A stretch of DNA of 64,000 nucleotides from Yuukianura sp. NJ FZ-2021 (taxonomy: Eukaryota): assembly GCA_046563655.1 (NCBI GenBank), contig CM102285.1:2976001-3040000 (forward strand), read 5' to 3'. A program made the position numbers and the translations under genes. Below are positions 1 to 12,963 of this stretch, in pieces (the first letter of the stretch is position 1; each line of letters begins with the position of its first letter). The notes under the pieces were generated by a model that ran no database searches, was not told where the DNA came from, and saw nothing but the letters and a program-made list of their open reading frames with translations.

Positions 1-943
1 AAGTACAGCGATGTTAAACTCAGCCCAAGCCTTGACTATTGTAACCGACAAAGAGATGGTAATAAAAGTGTTTGCGTAGTAAGCAAACTGCATTCCAAAC
101 CACAAAAATTCCGAGGTAAATATGTGGAATACCTGAACTTTTCGGTAGAATTTTTCAAGTTTTTCGCGCCAAACTGCATCTCCAATCGTCTGCTTCTCTG
201 CTACAAATAGAAGGCATTGGGCAGTGCAGTAAATTTGTACAAACAAAGGAAGTAGACTGAAGCCTGCCCAGTACGTGTTGAATTCAGCGATAACAACAAG
301 CACAAATGATGCACCCATGTTTGCAAGAAGGCTGTTTTCCACGAACATTTTAAAAAATGAGGTCCAGAAGTCAACCAAAAAGTTGTTTGAAAATATCGCC
401 AAAATGATCATAATGGCAACTTCCAGTAGGATTGTTTCGAACAATACATTAAAGGCTTTGAGGAACAAATGGAGCCGTTTATTATTTCGTGCCATAGACT
501 CCGAAAATAAATCCCCTTGTGATTAAAAAAAAAACACAAAATTTAGTGAACTAAAGTTAACGTTTTCTTAATTTTTTTCTGTTTTACATACGTGCTTCTT
601 GGTCTACTTCCAAGAATTTGTTGATGTAGTTAATGACAGCTTGTAGATCCGTATCCCACAAATACTCTGTCTGCATTCCGTACGCCACAAGTGTGGCATA
701 CGCTACGTTCATGATGAAATGGAAAGGTTGGCTTTTTGTGTCATACATCTGACCAAAGAGCATTAGGAGTTGCACAGTATTCAGCAAACGGAATACCATT
801 TTAAGTCGAGCTGCAATTTTTGAGGTTCGTTGGACCAAAACGTCCATTTTCCATTTGCGTTCTGCGTATGTCAGTTTGTAAGGGCAAATCTTAAAAAACC
901 TGCCAATACGTAGGTAGTTGTCGTAGTATACATAGTAAGACAT
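1..943 (-). CDS. Divergent insect-chemoreceptor-superfamily (gustatory-receptor-like) multi-TM protein; 3' end runs off the window
   Basis: Exon 1 943-592 (MSYYVYYDNYLRIGRFFKICPYKL...) ends at donor GTATGT in phase 1. Exon 2 starts at 515 after ...atcacaAG and stays open to base 1 with several hydrophobic helices (ETILLEVAIMIILAIF; GASFVLVVIAEF; YRKVQVFHIFTSEFLWFGMQF). The N-terminus resembles those of the two GR genes at 37-43 kb. The diagnostic C-terminal TY/QF motif lies outside the window. Confidence 0.65.
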
Positions 944-1862
944 TTTGATTTGAAAGTGCTTTAAAGAAGCAAAAACTAAAATAAAGGTAAAGTTTTTCGA
1001 CGAATTTTTTCAGTAAAACAAAAGTTGGAAATGATTTTTGCTTGATATTCTCCTGCCTTGCAAACGACCAATAACCAGCGGTATACTTGTGGATCATACG
1101 ACTCGGTATCCAACCTTGAAATGGCTATAAGAAATTCATAAGCCAATTTCAGCAGGCTTCTTTTTTCAACCGGAAAAATATATAATGAACTGTAAATAAT
1201 TACTGTACAAAGTTTGGGACGAAATTCTCAACAGTAAAGGATCTAACTCTGTCAAATACTAAATACTTGATGATTGAAGCATGTATTTCCTTGGAAAAGA
1301 AATGTGCTTTGAATATTGTATCAAGATATCCTACTCATTAGTGAACTCCGCATTGGTTCTTCTTTTATGCTATCCTTAGATTAGGCACAATAGCTTGTAT
1401 AAGGTTCTACCACGTTCGCGTTGATGAATTAAAAACTAAGGAAGATAAGGGAAAAGTGAAATTTTGGCCCAAAGTCCAACAAAAAAGTTGCGCTGTTGCT
1501 AAATGCAAATGTTTTTAAAATCAATTACACGTTACTTGACAACGACATGTAATTAGTTTACTTTCGATACAATCAGAAAGTTAAACAAGCAGTTAAGCTA
1601 TTATATGTAAAGTACATCTTATGTTTGTTCGCTTTAAAAAAAAACACTCTAATTTATTGTAAAGATAAACATAAAAAGCAGCCACAAAAATTCTAAAAGT
1701 GCCGGAAATTTTAATACAAGACACTCTGCCTAATAATGCGGTAAACAAAAAAACTGAATTCCATTTCCTAATGAAGATAGAGAAAACACTTAAGCCCCTG
1801 CAAGCAAAAAATAAAGGCTACCGTAGGTCGCTTACGGGACAGGGTAGACGCGTACGGAGCAA

Positions 1863-1927
1863 TGCGCAGTTTGTGCGCAGTTTATGCGCAGTTTGTGCGC
1901 AGTTTGTGCTCAGTTTATGCGCAGTTT
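1863..1927. repeat. 11-bp tandem minisatellite (TGCGCAGTTTR), about 6 copies
   Basis: Read directly: tgcgcagtttg tgcgcagttta tgcgcagtttg tgcgcagtttg tgctcagttta tgcgcagttt. Confidence 0.9.
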
Positions 1928-2299
1928 AAAATTTATTTTTACTTTGACATTCGACAGGGTAGGTTCGAGCTACCCGTAGGGACTACCATCCCCCAAATTA
2001 TCATTCGCATCGGAAAAATTAGGTGGAAACGCAAATTGTCGATTTCACAAAGAGTTACTATATAGTGAGTTGTAGCGACATAAGTGACGACGTAAGTAAA
2101 CTACATGGTGACATCAAGTAGCGTCAAGTTTAAAACCACGGCTAGTGTCCTAGGAACTACGCGATCTTTCGTCTCAATTTTGCCAATCAGCGAGTTTTTC
2201 ATCCTATATTCTAGATTTCATAATCGAAATATAAAACTTTTCTGTATTTCTCATAATGGCAAAATATAGAATATGGAGCGTTCCATATTCTATATTCTA

Positions 2300-2608
2300 T
2301 ATCCATACTCTTTAAACTCCATAAAGTGAGTTGCAATTACTCTCTAATATTATCATTTTTTCAGTTTATTATGAGTAGTATTTATTTTGTATTATTCTTA
2401 TACTGATTTTTAGTTGTACTGAAAACTGTTTAAAACTAGTACTCGGAATCGCATGCGTTGTAAATTCAACAACGCGTTGCGATTTAAAAAGAATTCCGCT
2501 ATTTAGTGACTAAAAGTGACTTGAACGAGAGAGGGGTGCTTTGTGAGCTTTTTTAGAAGTAGAAATGAATTCACTTTTCGGCAAGAATTGTTCGAAAGAG
2601 TATGGATG
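2300..2608. mobile_element. Possible old Tc1/mariner-type MITE remnant
   Basis: 13-bp inverted match (atccatactcttt at 2301-2313, aaagagtatggat at 2595-2607), with TA on both outer sides (2298-2299, 2609-2610). The match is short, so the call is tentative. Confidence 0.3.
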
Positions 2609-5265
2609 TACGGTTAGTTTTGATTGGTCATGGCGGGAGAGCAAGTAAGGCACGCGTCGTCAGTCGTTGAACGCAATTGAACAAGAATGACATGAACAAG
2701 CAGCCGCTCTAACGTTGTCACTCGTGTGAGCAAATTGGTTTCGGTAGCATAGCAAATTGAAGTTAGCCGGTCGCTACGATTCTAAATTTACCGAATTTCG
2801 AAAAAACCTAAATCTAAATTTCAAAATTTTGGAAATTTTACATTTTTGTAAAAACCTTTAGTGTTGCTGCGGGGTCGGCTTAAGCATATGTGATACGTTG
2901 GGGTCACGGTTCTTTCACATATTGTTATGTGCACTGGGGATCAGTTAGGTAAGAATTAAATGAATCCATTTGATTCTCTTTACACTGCATAACAATGAGC
3001 ATGTGTTTAAGGGCCATATGGTACGTACTTTCCCCTGCTTTCACTTTAGCTACTGCTCTCCAGAACAGAGGGGCTATGTTGTGTGGTTGCCGTTCCTCAA
3101 GGGACCTGCAGAATAAATTGGACCAGGAAAGAATGAGCTTTTCATTGGACTTAAACGAGGAGTCCTTTTTGAATCTCCAACTGTTCCGAAGTCCCCTGCG
3201 CCCTTCAATTGTCTTCTCATTGTTCTGGAAGCCTAACCTAACCTTTGCCAAGGTCTGGCAAGTGCCATACGGACTCTGTTTGAGTTCAAAGGGCTCCTGG
3301 ACGGGTCCTTCACATATGGTCAAGGGCACACAGGAACAAAGTCACACAATCACACCCGGTTTCAATCTAGCAAAGAAAATAGATCAAAGAAGTGATTTAA
3401 TTGGGCAGGCTCCGTTGAATGCTGGCAGCATTTGAAGTAGTTCGGGCGGGTAATGTTGAGCTGGGTGAATCTCGATATGTTATGGACAGGAACGTAGCGT
3501 TTCATCGGGAAACTAAATTATTGTATATCTTATTATAAATATTTAAATAGTATAAATACTTTACATAATAAATATTTACTTCACATATTTGAAAAATACA
3601 AAAATTCTTTATCAATAAACACGATTTTATATTAGTACGCTTTTTATCCAATAATATTTCAGCAGAATATTTTTTGGGTTTTTGTGTGAGTGTCAACGTA
3701 GATTAATTATTTTACTCTTACATTTAAATGTTTTGGCGCGAAATTGAAACTTCCATATTTTTTATTAGAACTTTGTTATGTCAGAGTTTTTCAAAGTTTA
3801 TCATTTTCTGACAGCGATAAAGTTACAGCCCTCAAGGTTTAATAGTAATTCTTGAAGAGAAAGTACGCGGAAGAAGTTTGCTACAATAGTTTTCTAAGGA
3901 TAGGCTACCCTAACTTTCTCTAAGCACCTAAACTTTTAGGATGTCCTACTACAAACAGAGCAAAGTGGTGGTAAAATTTGAAAAGTTTTGAAATTTTGAG
4001 AAAGTGTTTTCTTAGGAGAAACTCCTCGGAAATGGAGCAGAGAAAGTTGGTTGGACAGAGAATAGAGTAGGAATTGAATTAGATTTGAGCCAAGTTGAGG
4101 TTGAAATTTAATTAAAGGAAAGAAGGGAGCTGGAGTTTATGAGCCCTAAGGAAGCTTATCATCTTAACCTAACCGAAAATGCCCGCGGAATACAAATTAA
4201 CAAGCTCATCTTCACGACACTTCCAGCCACTAACAAAGGAAGTCACAATGGATTCACATTACACGAAGAAACTGCGGTAAAACTTTCCCTTTTGAGCATA
4301 AGATTTTAGGGAAAATGAACTTTTCAAAACATGATTTTGAAATTCTCTCCACATAGACTCTAAATTGTTTTTGAAAAAACAAATGGAAAAGTTTTTAAAA
4401 AGTCAAGTCATTTGATTTAATGTTGCTTGCTAAAAAGTAAAACGATTTTTTTCGAACGTTGACGCAGGAGTTCAAAAAATCTAGAGCTTTTGTCTACTAA
4501 AAGAAGCCGACTTTTTTTTCAGAAATAATTTTTTTTTGAAAGAGAAAGTTTTCTTTGGAGAAAGTTTATTGCGTCACTGGGAAAGTAGATGAGCAGCTTC
4601 GAGAAAGTTCTTGTCAGAAAGTGACACACGTTAACCTTAAGGCGGCCTGCAATAAATCCTCCTGCTCGTAATTGGTTGGTTCTGGGTTCAGGAAACCCAT
4701 CCCCTTTTCAAATCTCCCGGATTTATGCCCTTCCACTCCGAAGAAAACCCGGTTGTTGCGCCTTTGACTCTAATACCCTCCTCCTCCTTCCAAGGCTCAA
4801 AATCCAGGAAAAGGTTCCACTTGTGCCCTTTCACGTTCCTCCTTTCACTATCTCACTTTCTCCTCTACTTCGAACGAATCCAGATCAGACTCTTAAACAT
4901 AAACCTTAGGTTAGGTTAACATAACCTTACGCTTGCATTACTTTCTCTACTTATTTCAAAGTGCTCACAATCGACAGCAACCTATAGAAGAGGTAATTGA
5001 TCTCTGGTGGACAAAACATCGCCAAAGTGAAAGTCAAAAGTGAAAGTTCGAAACTCAAATCATAATTTATCGCACATTTTTGGAGTGAAAAGCAAACGTA
5101 AAAAAAAACCAAAAGCACCGCGGCAAAAACTGAAGCAGGGAAAACATCGTTTTCAATTGGTTAAATTTTTGTTGAAGTGGGAATGAACGACATTTTGTGA
5201 AAAAATTTTCAAAATTTGTGAAAACAAAATCCGCTGCATAACTTTTTTAAATTGTGTTTTTGAAA

Positions 5266-6459
5266 ATGGAAGCGTTCCCGCCCTTGCAGTACGGGCAGCC
5301 ATCGCTGATGACGATCAGTGATCTAATCAACCATCGGCATCACCTTGTCGCTTCCGAAAGTCACTCACCAGGGCACTCACCACCAGAAGTTAAATCTACT
5401 CCAAGTCCACATGACCTTCGACACGTCAGCGCAGTACTCCACTCACGTGACTTTCACCTACCAATCACAAACGCCCATTTGCCACCACTGGGTCACTTGA
5501 GGTCACGGAAGCAAGAGTCCGACAGCCACGTCTACCAACTACACCACCCCACCCCCGCACCCCTTCCCTTCCCCAGTGCCACTGGAATGTTTCCTTCCAG
5601 ATTTCATCCTTATGGATTAGGATTCAGTAGCGGTAGATTTGCAAATGCAGCGATGAATTCACCCCCTGCGGCAATCCACGTCATCAAGGACGATCAACAT
5701 CCATCACGCTCGGTTTCTGACGACGACTGTGATTCCGAAGACACAAAACTTGACGTCGGACGGGAAAGATCGTCTTCCGTCAACACGATTTCTTCAAGTA
5801 GCGATTCAGACGGATTTAGTCAAACGATGGCCCGATGTCAAGAGTTGACGTCCTCATATCTCTCCAATCCTGGGGGAAAAGTAATTGGTCCGGGAGATGA
5901 AAATAATCAACCTGCTGCAATAGAAGTAGCTATGGAGGGAATTTCAAAAGGACGAAAAAGTCAAAAAGCCAATCCAACTTCCAAGAAAAGTCGCCAGGGG
6001 AAACACGTTCGACTTAATATCAACGCTAGAGAGAGGCGGAGAATGCATGATTTGAACGACGCACTGGACGAATTACGCGGCGTGATTCCCTATGCTCACT
6101 CGCCGTCAGTTCGAAAATTGTCAAAAATTGCAACACTCTTACTGGCAAAAAATTTCATTTTGATGCAAAGCAATGCCCTGGAAGAATTGCGAAGAATTAT
6201 TGGGCATATGAACACTACAGCGGGAATTCCGATTCCGACGCCAGCAATTATGGCGGCAGCATTTGAATCAAATTCAAACTCTCCCGCGAATTCAATTCCA
6301 CCACATCACCTGCATCATCAACTTCAAAATTCAAGTTCAGAAGGAGGGTCATCGTCGTTGTCTCCGCAGCATCAGCGACATTCACCCTCTCCGTCTCTTT
6401 TGGTGGGAGACAAAGGGAGGATACGATCTCCTCTGGGAATTTCTTCTTACTCGTCTTAA
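5266..6459 (+). CDS. Oli: Olig/Beta3-family bHLH transcription factor (Drosophila Oli; BHLHE22/23-like), single exon, 397 aa
   Basis: b[56 protein letters not shown] is the Oli/BHLHE22 signature. The first ATG is at 5266; the ORF track started upstream at a GTG. Confidence 0.93.
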   Translation: MEAFPPLQYGQPSLMTISDLINHRHHLVASESHSPGHSPPEVKSTPSPHDLRHVSAVLHSRDFHLPITNAHLPPLGHLRSRKQESDSHVYQLHHPTPAPLPFPSATGMFPSRFHPYGLGFSSGRFANAAMNSPPAAIHVIKDDQHPSRSVSDDDCDSEDTKLDVGRERSSSVNTISSSSDSDGFSQTMARCQELTSSYLSNPGGKVIGPGDENNQPAAIEVAMEGISKGRKSQKANPTSKKSRQGKHVRLNINARERRRMHDLNDALDELRGVIPYAHSPSVRKLSKIATLLLAKNFILMQSNALEELRRIIGHMNTTAGIPIPTPAIMAAAFESNSNSPANSIPPHHLHHQLQNSSSEGGSSSLSPQHQRHSPSPSLLVGDKGRIRSPLGISSYSS

Positions 6460-8101
6460 AATTTTGTCCCTCTTCTGCCAAAAGTCGACGCGCCAAATTT
6501 CAATTTTTGTTTCAAAATTTTGCCCAGTTTGAAGTATTCGACTCAAAAGATTCCAAAAAAGTTCTGAAGTTGACGTTCGGTTCTAAAGTGTGAATGTTTT
6601 GATTTTTTTTTCTGTTTTGAAAAATCAAAAGCAATAAATTCAAAGTTGTGTCTAGAATAAAAAAAACTTTAATCGTCCATGAACCAAAGTTAGCCAGCAT
6701 TTTCTTTTCAAAATGAATAAGTTATGCAATTATTCCAATGCGATGTGTAGTTAGAATTACGTATATAGGCTTTGCAAAAGCTAAAGTTCAATCACCAGCT
6801 TTTAGTGTTGAAAGGTGCATTTCCAGTGACATTTTTTTTATTCGTAGTATACACAGAATACATTGAAACTGATTTGTCAAAGAAAAATATATATTCAAGC
6901 ACAAATTCTATTTGAAAGGAAACTGGACGATGGAAAATTCGAGGCGTTGGATCATCCGTAAATTGAATTTGGAAAATGAGTAGCCAGAATGTGATGATTC
7001 CTTTTTGAAATCAGTCCGAACTTTTACTTTTCCAGACGAGTAGAAAACGAGATTTAGTCTGAAAGTGAAAACAGTTTGTCCAGAAGCATATAGCTGTAAA
7101 GTGAACACGAAAAAGAATCAGAGAATTCCCTACGGCACTGAAATTGTTTTTGAAAAAAATGGAGAGTGGACACTCTGATGTTGTGATCTTATAAACTCCT
7201 TTCAGCGAAGATATCATTTTTAAACTAAATTTTACACTTCAAATTGCTTCTAGACTTTTACAATTTTCCATTTACAAAGAAATAAAAGCATTTTATCGTC
7301 AAACACTTGTGTATACTATAAATAACATAAAAAAAATAATAGAAATAATAAACCTATGACATTTTACTTGGAAATTTTTATTCACTTAGATGACATTTTT
7401 TTTAAAGAAAAAAATGGCATTTGACTGAAAACTAAATCAAACAATTTCTTGTAGTAGACTTACAACGCACTGACATTATTTTGCATTTTCTGCAAATTGG
7501 AATTAATCACTCAAGTACGTAACGCTCAAGTGCCGGTTTGACATTTTTTTGCGAAAAAAAAATGAAGAGGAGACGATGCTCTGCCGTGGTACAAAAACCC
7601 TTTGAGTTTCACACTTATGAGGATTTGAAATTTCTTATTCTAACAAATCTCCCAGTTTGTGTTGTAGTATTCCCCTTTCCAGTAGTGGGGATTAGCAAAG
7701 TACAGATGAAGAAGATGCTAATATATGTTTAGAACTACACTACCCCATGTGCATACATCCAAGTAGTAAGCTCTATTAGTAGTTACGAAATAGCCAAAAT
7801 CCACAAGTGAAACAGCGCTCTTACTCACAATGTGAGTCAGACGACTTTTTTCTTTGACAAGTCCCACTCCCAACGTGTTTTTTTATTTTTGGTTAACTTC
7901 TTTTTCCTAACTTGCTAAAAGTTTGAAAATATAGAAAAACAATACTAATGGCACACTATAGCCACAGAAACCCAACCCATGAAAGAAATAACAGACAAGG
8001 TTTAGTACAACTGTTGGTTAGGTTTAAGATTAAAGTTAAAGTTGGTTGTGTTACACAGTTAGTACCTTCAGTTTAATTGTAGTTTGCATTTAACTTCATC
8101 A

Positions 8102-11100
8102 ATGACAATGAGTCAATCAGTAATTCGCACCAATACGATAGTAGCGCTGTTTTCAGTTGGGCTAATTGCTGCTGTAGCTGCTGAATCCGGAAATGTGGTA
8201 AGTAATTTTTGAGTTTTCAAAACTTTTGTCAAACTTGCGTAACCTAGTAACCTTTCCGCTACTGAATTTGAATTTTGCAATATCCTATGCAAAAACATAA
8301 ATACAAAGTCAAACTGAAATATTTGAATTTATTGACGGAAAAGGCGACGTTGTTTTGAAACTCTCGACATGTCACAAATATGTAGAATGCAAAAAAAAAA
8401 TGTGTAAAAAGAAATCATTCGCCTTTTTTTTGTGAGGTTACTCAGTATGTCTTGGAGGGAAATGCAAGTCACCTAGAAACGTTTCCATCGGATGGTCGCG
8501 TTGGAGCATGCGCATTGAGCACAGTCAAAGTGTCATTTGCCAAAGTACGTCGCTCGGACATCATCGCATTTCTGCGAAACTGCAACGATCTCACCAGTAT
8601 CTATCTTATGGACATCATTTGGGAATGGGACGAAAAGTCAATTGATAGAATTCCCCTAGCACGACTGAGCGATTTCAAATTCCGATTGATTCCTACAGAG
8701 AACTCTCATTGGACATCTTCTGGTCACCTGGAGTCCATTATATTTTTCTACGTAAATGTCAGACCAACTGACGGACTCACTGAACTTCTCTCTTCTAGCC
8801 TCGAATTTTCAATTGAAGGAAGAACAAACGAAGGGAACTTGACGATGATCAGGTTGAGCATGGCTCATCAAAATTTAATTCGTACAACCAAGATCAGAGA
8901 CCAAGAAGTATGGAAACTTCTCTACGACATTTTACATTCATTTAAAACATTTTCTGCCACTTCATGTGTTCTGAACACCGAAAAAGTTGTGCTGCAGTCT
9001 GCCAAGGAAATTTCGCTGGACAAGAATGATCTTCTGGGACCAGTTGCCACCATAATTTTTAATGCCAAGAAAGTTCAAGTTCTCAAGGTCAAAGTTTTGG
9101 TAGACGAAGCAGTTGACGTTGCGTTACTTTCGAGTACAGTGAGGTACGTCAGTACCGAAAGTATCAGTTTCCGTTACAGTTCAGCGTCTAAACCAATTGA
9201 ATTCTTGAATTTGGCGTACCTGGAAATGACCGACGGAGACGTGAATCTCAAGCTCTTCAAAGGAAAGACGGAATTGAAGTTATTGCTGTTTGAAATGCTG
9301 CTATGGGACAGTACTGCGGAAGATATCTACGGCATGGAAAACCTATCAACACTGTTACTATGGTGTCAGTATGTACAAGGTTGCCCACAAGTGACGCTGG
9401 AACTTCTTCCGACTTCGACTCAAGAAATAGTCCTTTTCAATGTGGACGTGAGAGCAGGAAATGTCAGTGAACGTCTGAAACCAAAGTCGCTGTTTTTATA
9501 TTGGTGCAGAGTTGACCAAGATGTGCTGGATAATCTAACTAATGTGTATCCTAATCTAAAGTCTCTTGGTTTGTCAATTGATGACGTCATTAAACCAGAA
9601 ATTTTTCAAAAAGTGGTCTACACTTCGTCGCTGAAAAATTTAGGAGTTGGAATTCCAGCACAAACGCCCACAACAACTTTGACCAAATTTGAGGAATTGG
9701 CGCAGACGTACTTGAATTTGACAGTGAAACTGGAGAATTACAACTCAGCTAAGGATGTTAAATTAGTCAAAAATGGTGAGAACATATGGGAGTGCAGTGT
9801 TACTAGTCTGGGATCTTACGATGACATTCGGCGTGCCAAAATTTTGAAACTTTTTGGCGGGTCCAAAAATATTGTAAACACTACGGAGGCAGTAGAAGCG
9901 TTGAACTGGAGACATACCGTGTACCCAACAGTGTTATACATATTCATCGGTCTTGCACTTTTCGTCAACGTTTTTGTTATTATTGTGTTCATAGTTGAAA
10001 AAAGTCGCGGCAACGCACCATGGGCTCAACTTTTGCTCCATTTGACGGGATACTTTGTTTACTTCGTTACGACTGTTGTTCTAATGCACAAATTCACAAG
10101 CATATTTTACTCTGGAATTCCAAGTTTTGATGCACTACTGCCCTATGCTTTGCAGAGAACAGGTTAATTCATCCAACACTTTTGTGCACTGCCACGGCCT
10201 AATCAAAACACTGCCTAATCGCAATGTTTTGAAAAAAAAATTATTTATGTTTCCGCTCCCTTTTAATTTTCCATGGTAAATTCAAGCTCTTATGGTAGCA
10301 CGCCATTGTATCAATTGAATTGTATCAACTGGCATTGCATCAACTGAATTGTGTCAACTAGAATTGTATCAACTGGTCAATTGTATCAACGACTAATTGT
10401 GTCAACGAGTGTAATGCTTAATTTAGCCTAGGTTAGGTTAGGTTACGTTGGTTGATACAAGTAGCCGTTGACACAATTGAGCGTTGATACAATTCAAATT
10501 GACACAATTCAGTTGATGCAATGGTAGTTGATACAATTCAATTGACACAATGGCATGGAACCGCTCTTAGAGGCATGTCCACACATTCATGCAGAGTACG
10601 AATTAAAACGCGAGTTCAAATTTTGTTCAAATTCTTTATTGCAATATTGCAAACCCAACAAAAACGCAAGCACATTCAACTCATGTTGTTAAAAAAAATA
10701 CAAAAATGGTTTTTAAAAAGTTTTTTTCTTTTTTTTGGTTCTATTTTAGCATTTAGTTTGGTGGTGTTCCTGATAACTCTTTCTGCGTTCGAAGAAATCG
10801 TGCACACGTCCTACCTAAACAATCACGCAAACTTATTTTCTGTTAGGAAGAAGAAAATCTACATTTCAGCAACTATAGCATTAGCAATCTTCATTAACAT
10901 TCCGAGGTGGATGGAATGCCTTGTAGAGTGGAACTACGCAGCCGATTCAGCGCAATGGAGTTCCTACAATCCTGTACAACAACACAAATTTGCGGCTTAC
11001 CGGATAGCGTATGAGGAGGTGATTTGTTTCATTTTCGTTTACTTCATACCACTCCTGCTCATCATTATTGCCAATGCCTGCCACTGGAAGCAGGTAAGAA

Positions 11101-11594
11101 TTGTCATAATTATTCTAAAATCGTTTCAAATAATTTTGTTATTTATTATTTGTAAAAAAAATGTTATTGAATTTTCCATTTTATGTTTACGATTTTTATA
11201 GACAAGAGAAAATTCGCCGCCGTCCAGCAAAAGTGTTACGTTTGGTGGTAAACTACTTGAGTTTTTCAAAAACTACAAATTTAGGATGTGGTACTTCTTT
11301 GTTTGCCTTGTGGCATGTGCCTCAATAGAACTGGATCTGTTGCTAAGGAATTGGAATCCAGAAGTTATAGTAGTTTTCTCCAGTTTTCCGTTGGTTCTTT
11401 ACTACGCAACACAGTCTCCGTTTTGCTACTGTTTTAACACAGAATACAGAAAGGATGCTCACTCTATAAAGGAAGTAGAATTTAAAAGGAAGAAAAACAC
11501 TGAAAATACAGTCACGGAGACAGCCAACGGAAATGCGGGTGAAAATATTGAACTGTTGGAACAGAGAGGACCAACTACAGATTCAGAAATTTGA
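8102..11594 (+). CDS. Atypical class A GPCR (FMRFamide/peptide-receptor-like 7TM) with signal peptide and a ~480-aa LRR-like ectodomain; about 850 aa, 4 exons
   Basis: Exons 8102-8197 (signal peptide, donor GTAAGT), 8446 (or 8437)-10162, 10750-11093 and 11202-11594; all phases are compatible. Seven hydrophobic segments are present, including TM4 AIFINIPRWME, TM5 FIFVYFIPLLLIIIAN and TM7/helix 8 QSPFCYCFNTEYRK. The ectodomain carries LxxLxL repeats (CNDLTSIYL, ENLSTLLL, YPNLKSLGL, SSLKNLGV). Confidence 0.72.
10294..10562. mobile_element. MITE with GG...CC ends, 8-bp TSD and subterminal 15-bp repeats (Merlin- or MULE-like), in GPCR intron 2
   Basis: Left arm is tandem aattgtRtcaact units; right arm is their reverse complement. 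Flanks are gctcttat (10286-10293) and gctcttag (10563-10570), a 7/8 match. A TTAGG tract sits in the centre. Confidence 0.8.
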
Positions 11595-12776
11595 GAAAAG
11601 ACAACAACAAACATAAGGGTTAAATGCGTAAGCTGGGAAGTCTTTCGTGTTTTAGCAATATCCATCAACAAGTGCAACAGGGCTTGACGATTATTAACTT
11701 AAAAGCTTCCAAAACTATTGACTGTGTTAAATTTTATGTTAAGTTACAAAATGATCTACAAGTTTAATATTCCACATATACACTGAAGAGTCCACTTAAT
11801 ACACTTCACACTTAAACTGACTATTTCCTATTGCTTCTTGCAAAAAGCCTTAGTATTTATATTTTATGTTAACGTGCTGTACAACACGTTGTACTTACAA
11901 AATTTTAATTGGTTTATCTTATTTGTGTGTTACTTATGCAATCCAAGACACTTAAGTTTCATACTCATTTTACCATTTTATGAAAAGACGCAAGTGACAA
12001 AAGTACTACTGCCTGCATAATTTTTTTTTGAAATTTTTTTTTTGAAAATGGAAAGAAATATGCTCAGATATGTTAGACGAATCTTAATATTGTGATAAAG
12101 GTGTTAAAACTATTACGTTTTCGCAGCGCCATGCAATGGCCATACCATGTGTATGTGTATATGTTTGTATTAACTGAAGTTATGTAAAGTCATACCCTAT
12201 GTACCAAAGTTTCCAAAACATCACCATTAAAAATTTCAAATATTACAATTTTGTACTGAAATGTGAATTCTAAAGCTTGCATTTTTTTGTTTCTGAATTT
12301 TTGAAAGGTGAGGGGAAAAGTTAAAGTTAAAAAACGACAGCGGAAATAATTCACCCCACTTCAATCCAATTCATTTTTCTTATCGTGTAATATGGAATTG
12401 GATTCTGGAAAGAACTGAGAGCGCTCTTTTTCCATTTGCCACCAACAGAAGAGAAAAAAAAACGTTTATTCTTTTAGGAATATCACACTTTCTCCCCTCT
12501 CCAATTTTTATCTTCCACAAACGAAAAAGGTTGAGTTCGGAAGAAAACCGAAAAAAAAACAGAAGAAAGTGGAGAAAGTGAGGATGAGTAAATTTTTCTT
12601 CTGCAAGAAGACAGCGCTTCACTAAGTTGCGGTACGCTATGATGAAAGTAGAAAAAAGCGATTGAGTCTGACACTTTCTCCTCGCTGTTTCTAGTAACCA
12701 AGAATTCTCAGACACATGCGGACGGAAACTTAGGTACGAATTTGATTTTGAGTGAAGTTTCTCGACCGACGGTGTA

Positions 12777-12963
12777 CAGAGGCTTTCAGAAGTACTGTCC
12801 TATTGTCGTAACGAGTTGAGAGGCGCTTTCCTCTTTTTCCCTCAACTTTTGTTGCACTCCAAGCACTAAACCTTATGACGGGGTTAGAGAAAAGTTGAGA
12901 GAAAAAGCGAAAAGCGCCTCTCGAGTCCTTACGACAATAGGACAGTACTTCTGAAACGCTCTG
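12777..12963. mobile_element. Tc1/mariner-type MITE, 187 bp
   Basis: TIR cagaggctttcagaagtactgtcctattgtcgtaa pairs with ttacgacaataggacagtacttctgaaacgctctg and continues imperfectly to about 80 bp. TA TSD at 12775-12776 and 12964-12965. Confidence 0.88.

Noticed and set aside
2925-3435. Overlapping 134-aa (-) and 146-aa (+) ORFs in a GC-richer patch; considered as a retroelement fragment
   Set aside because: No RT, integrase or other motif is recognisable, the minus frame has stops just upstream, and I found no splice context.
4903-4930. TTAGG telomere-like run upstream of Oli
   Set aside because: Only 2-3 units, far too short for a telomeric array.
10300-10560. Regularly spaced short repeats (also 19740-20310) superficially like a CRISPR array
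   Set aside because: Eukaryotic context, no unique spacers of constant length and no cas genes; the repeats are inverted and bounded by TIRs and TSDs, so they are MITEs.
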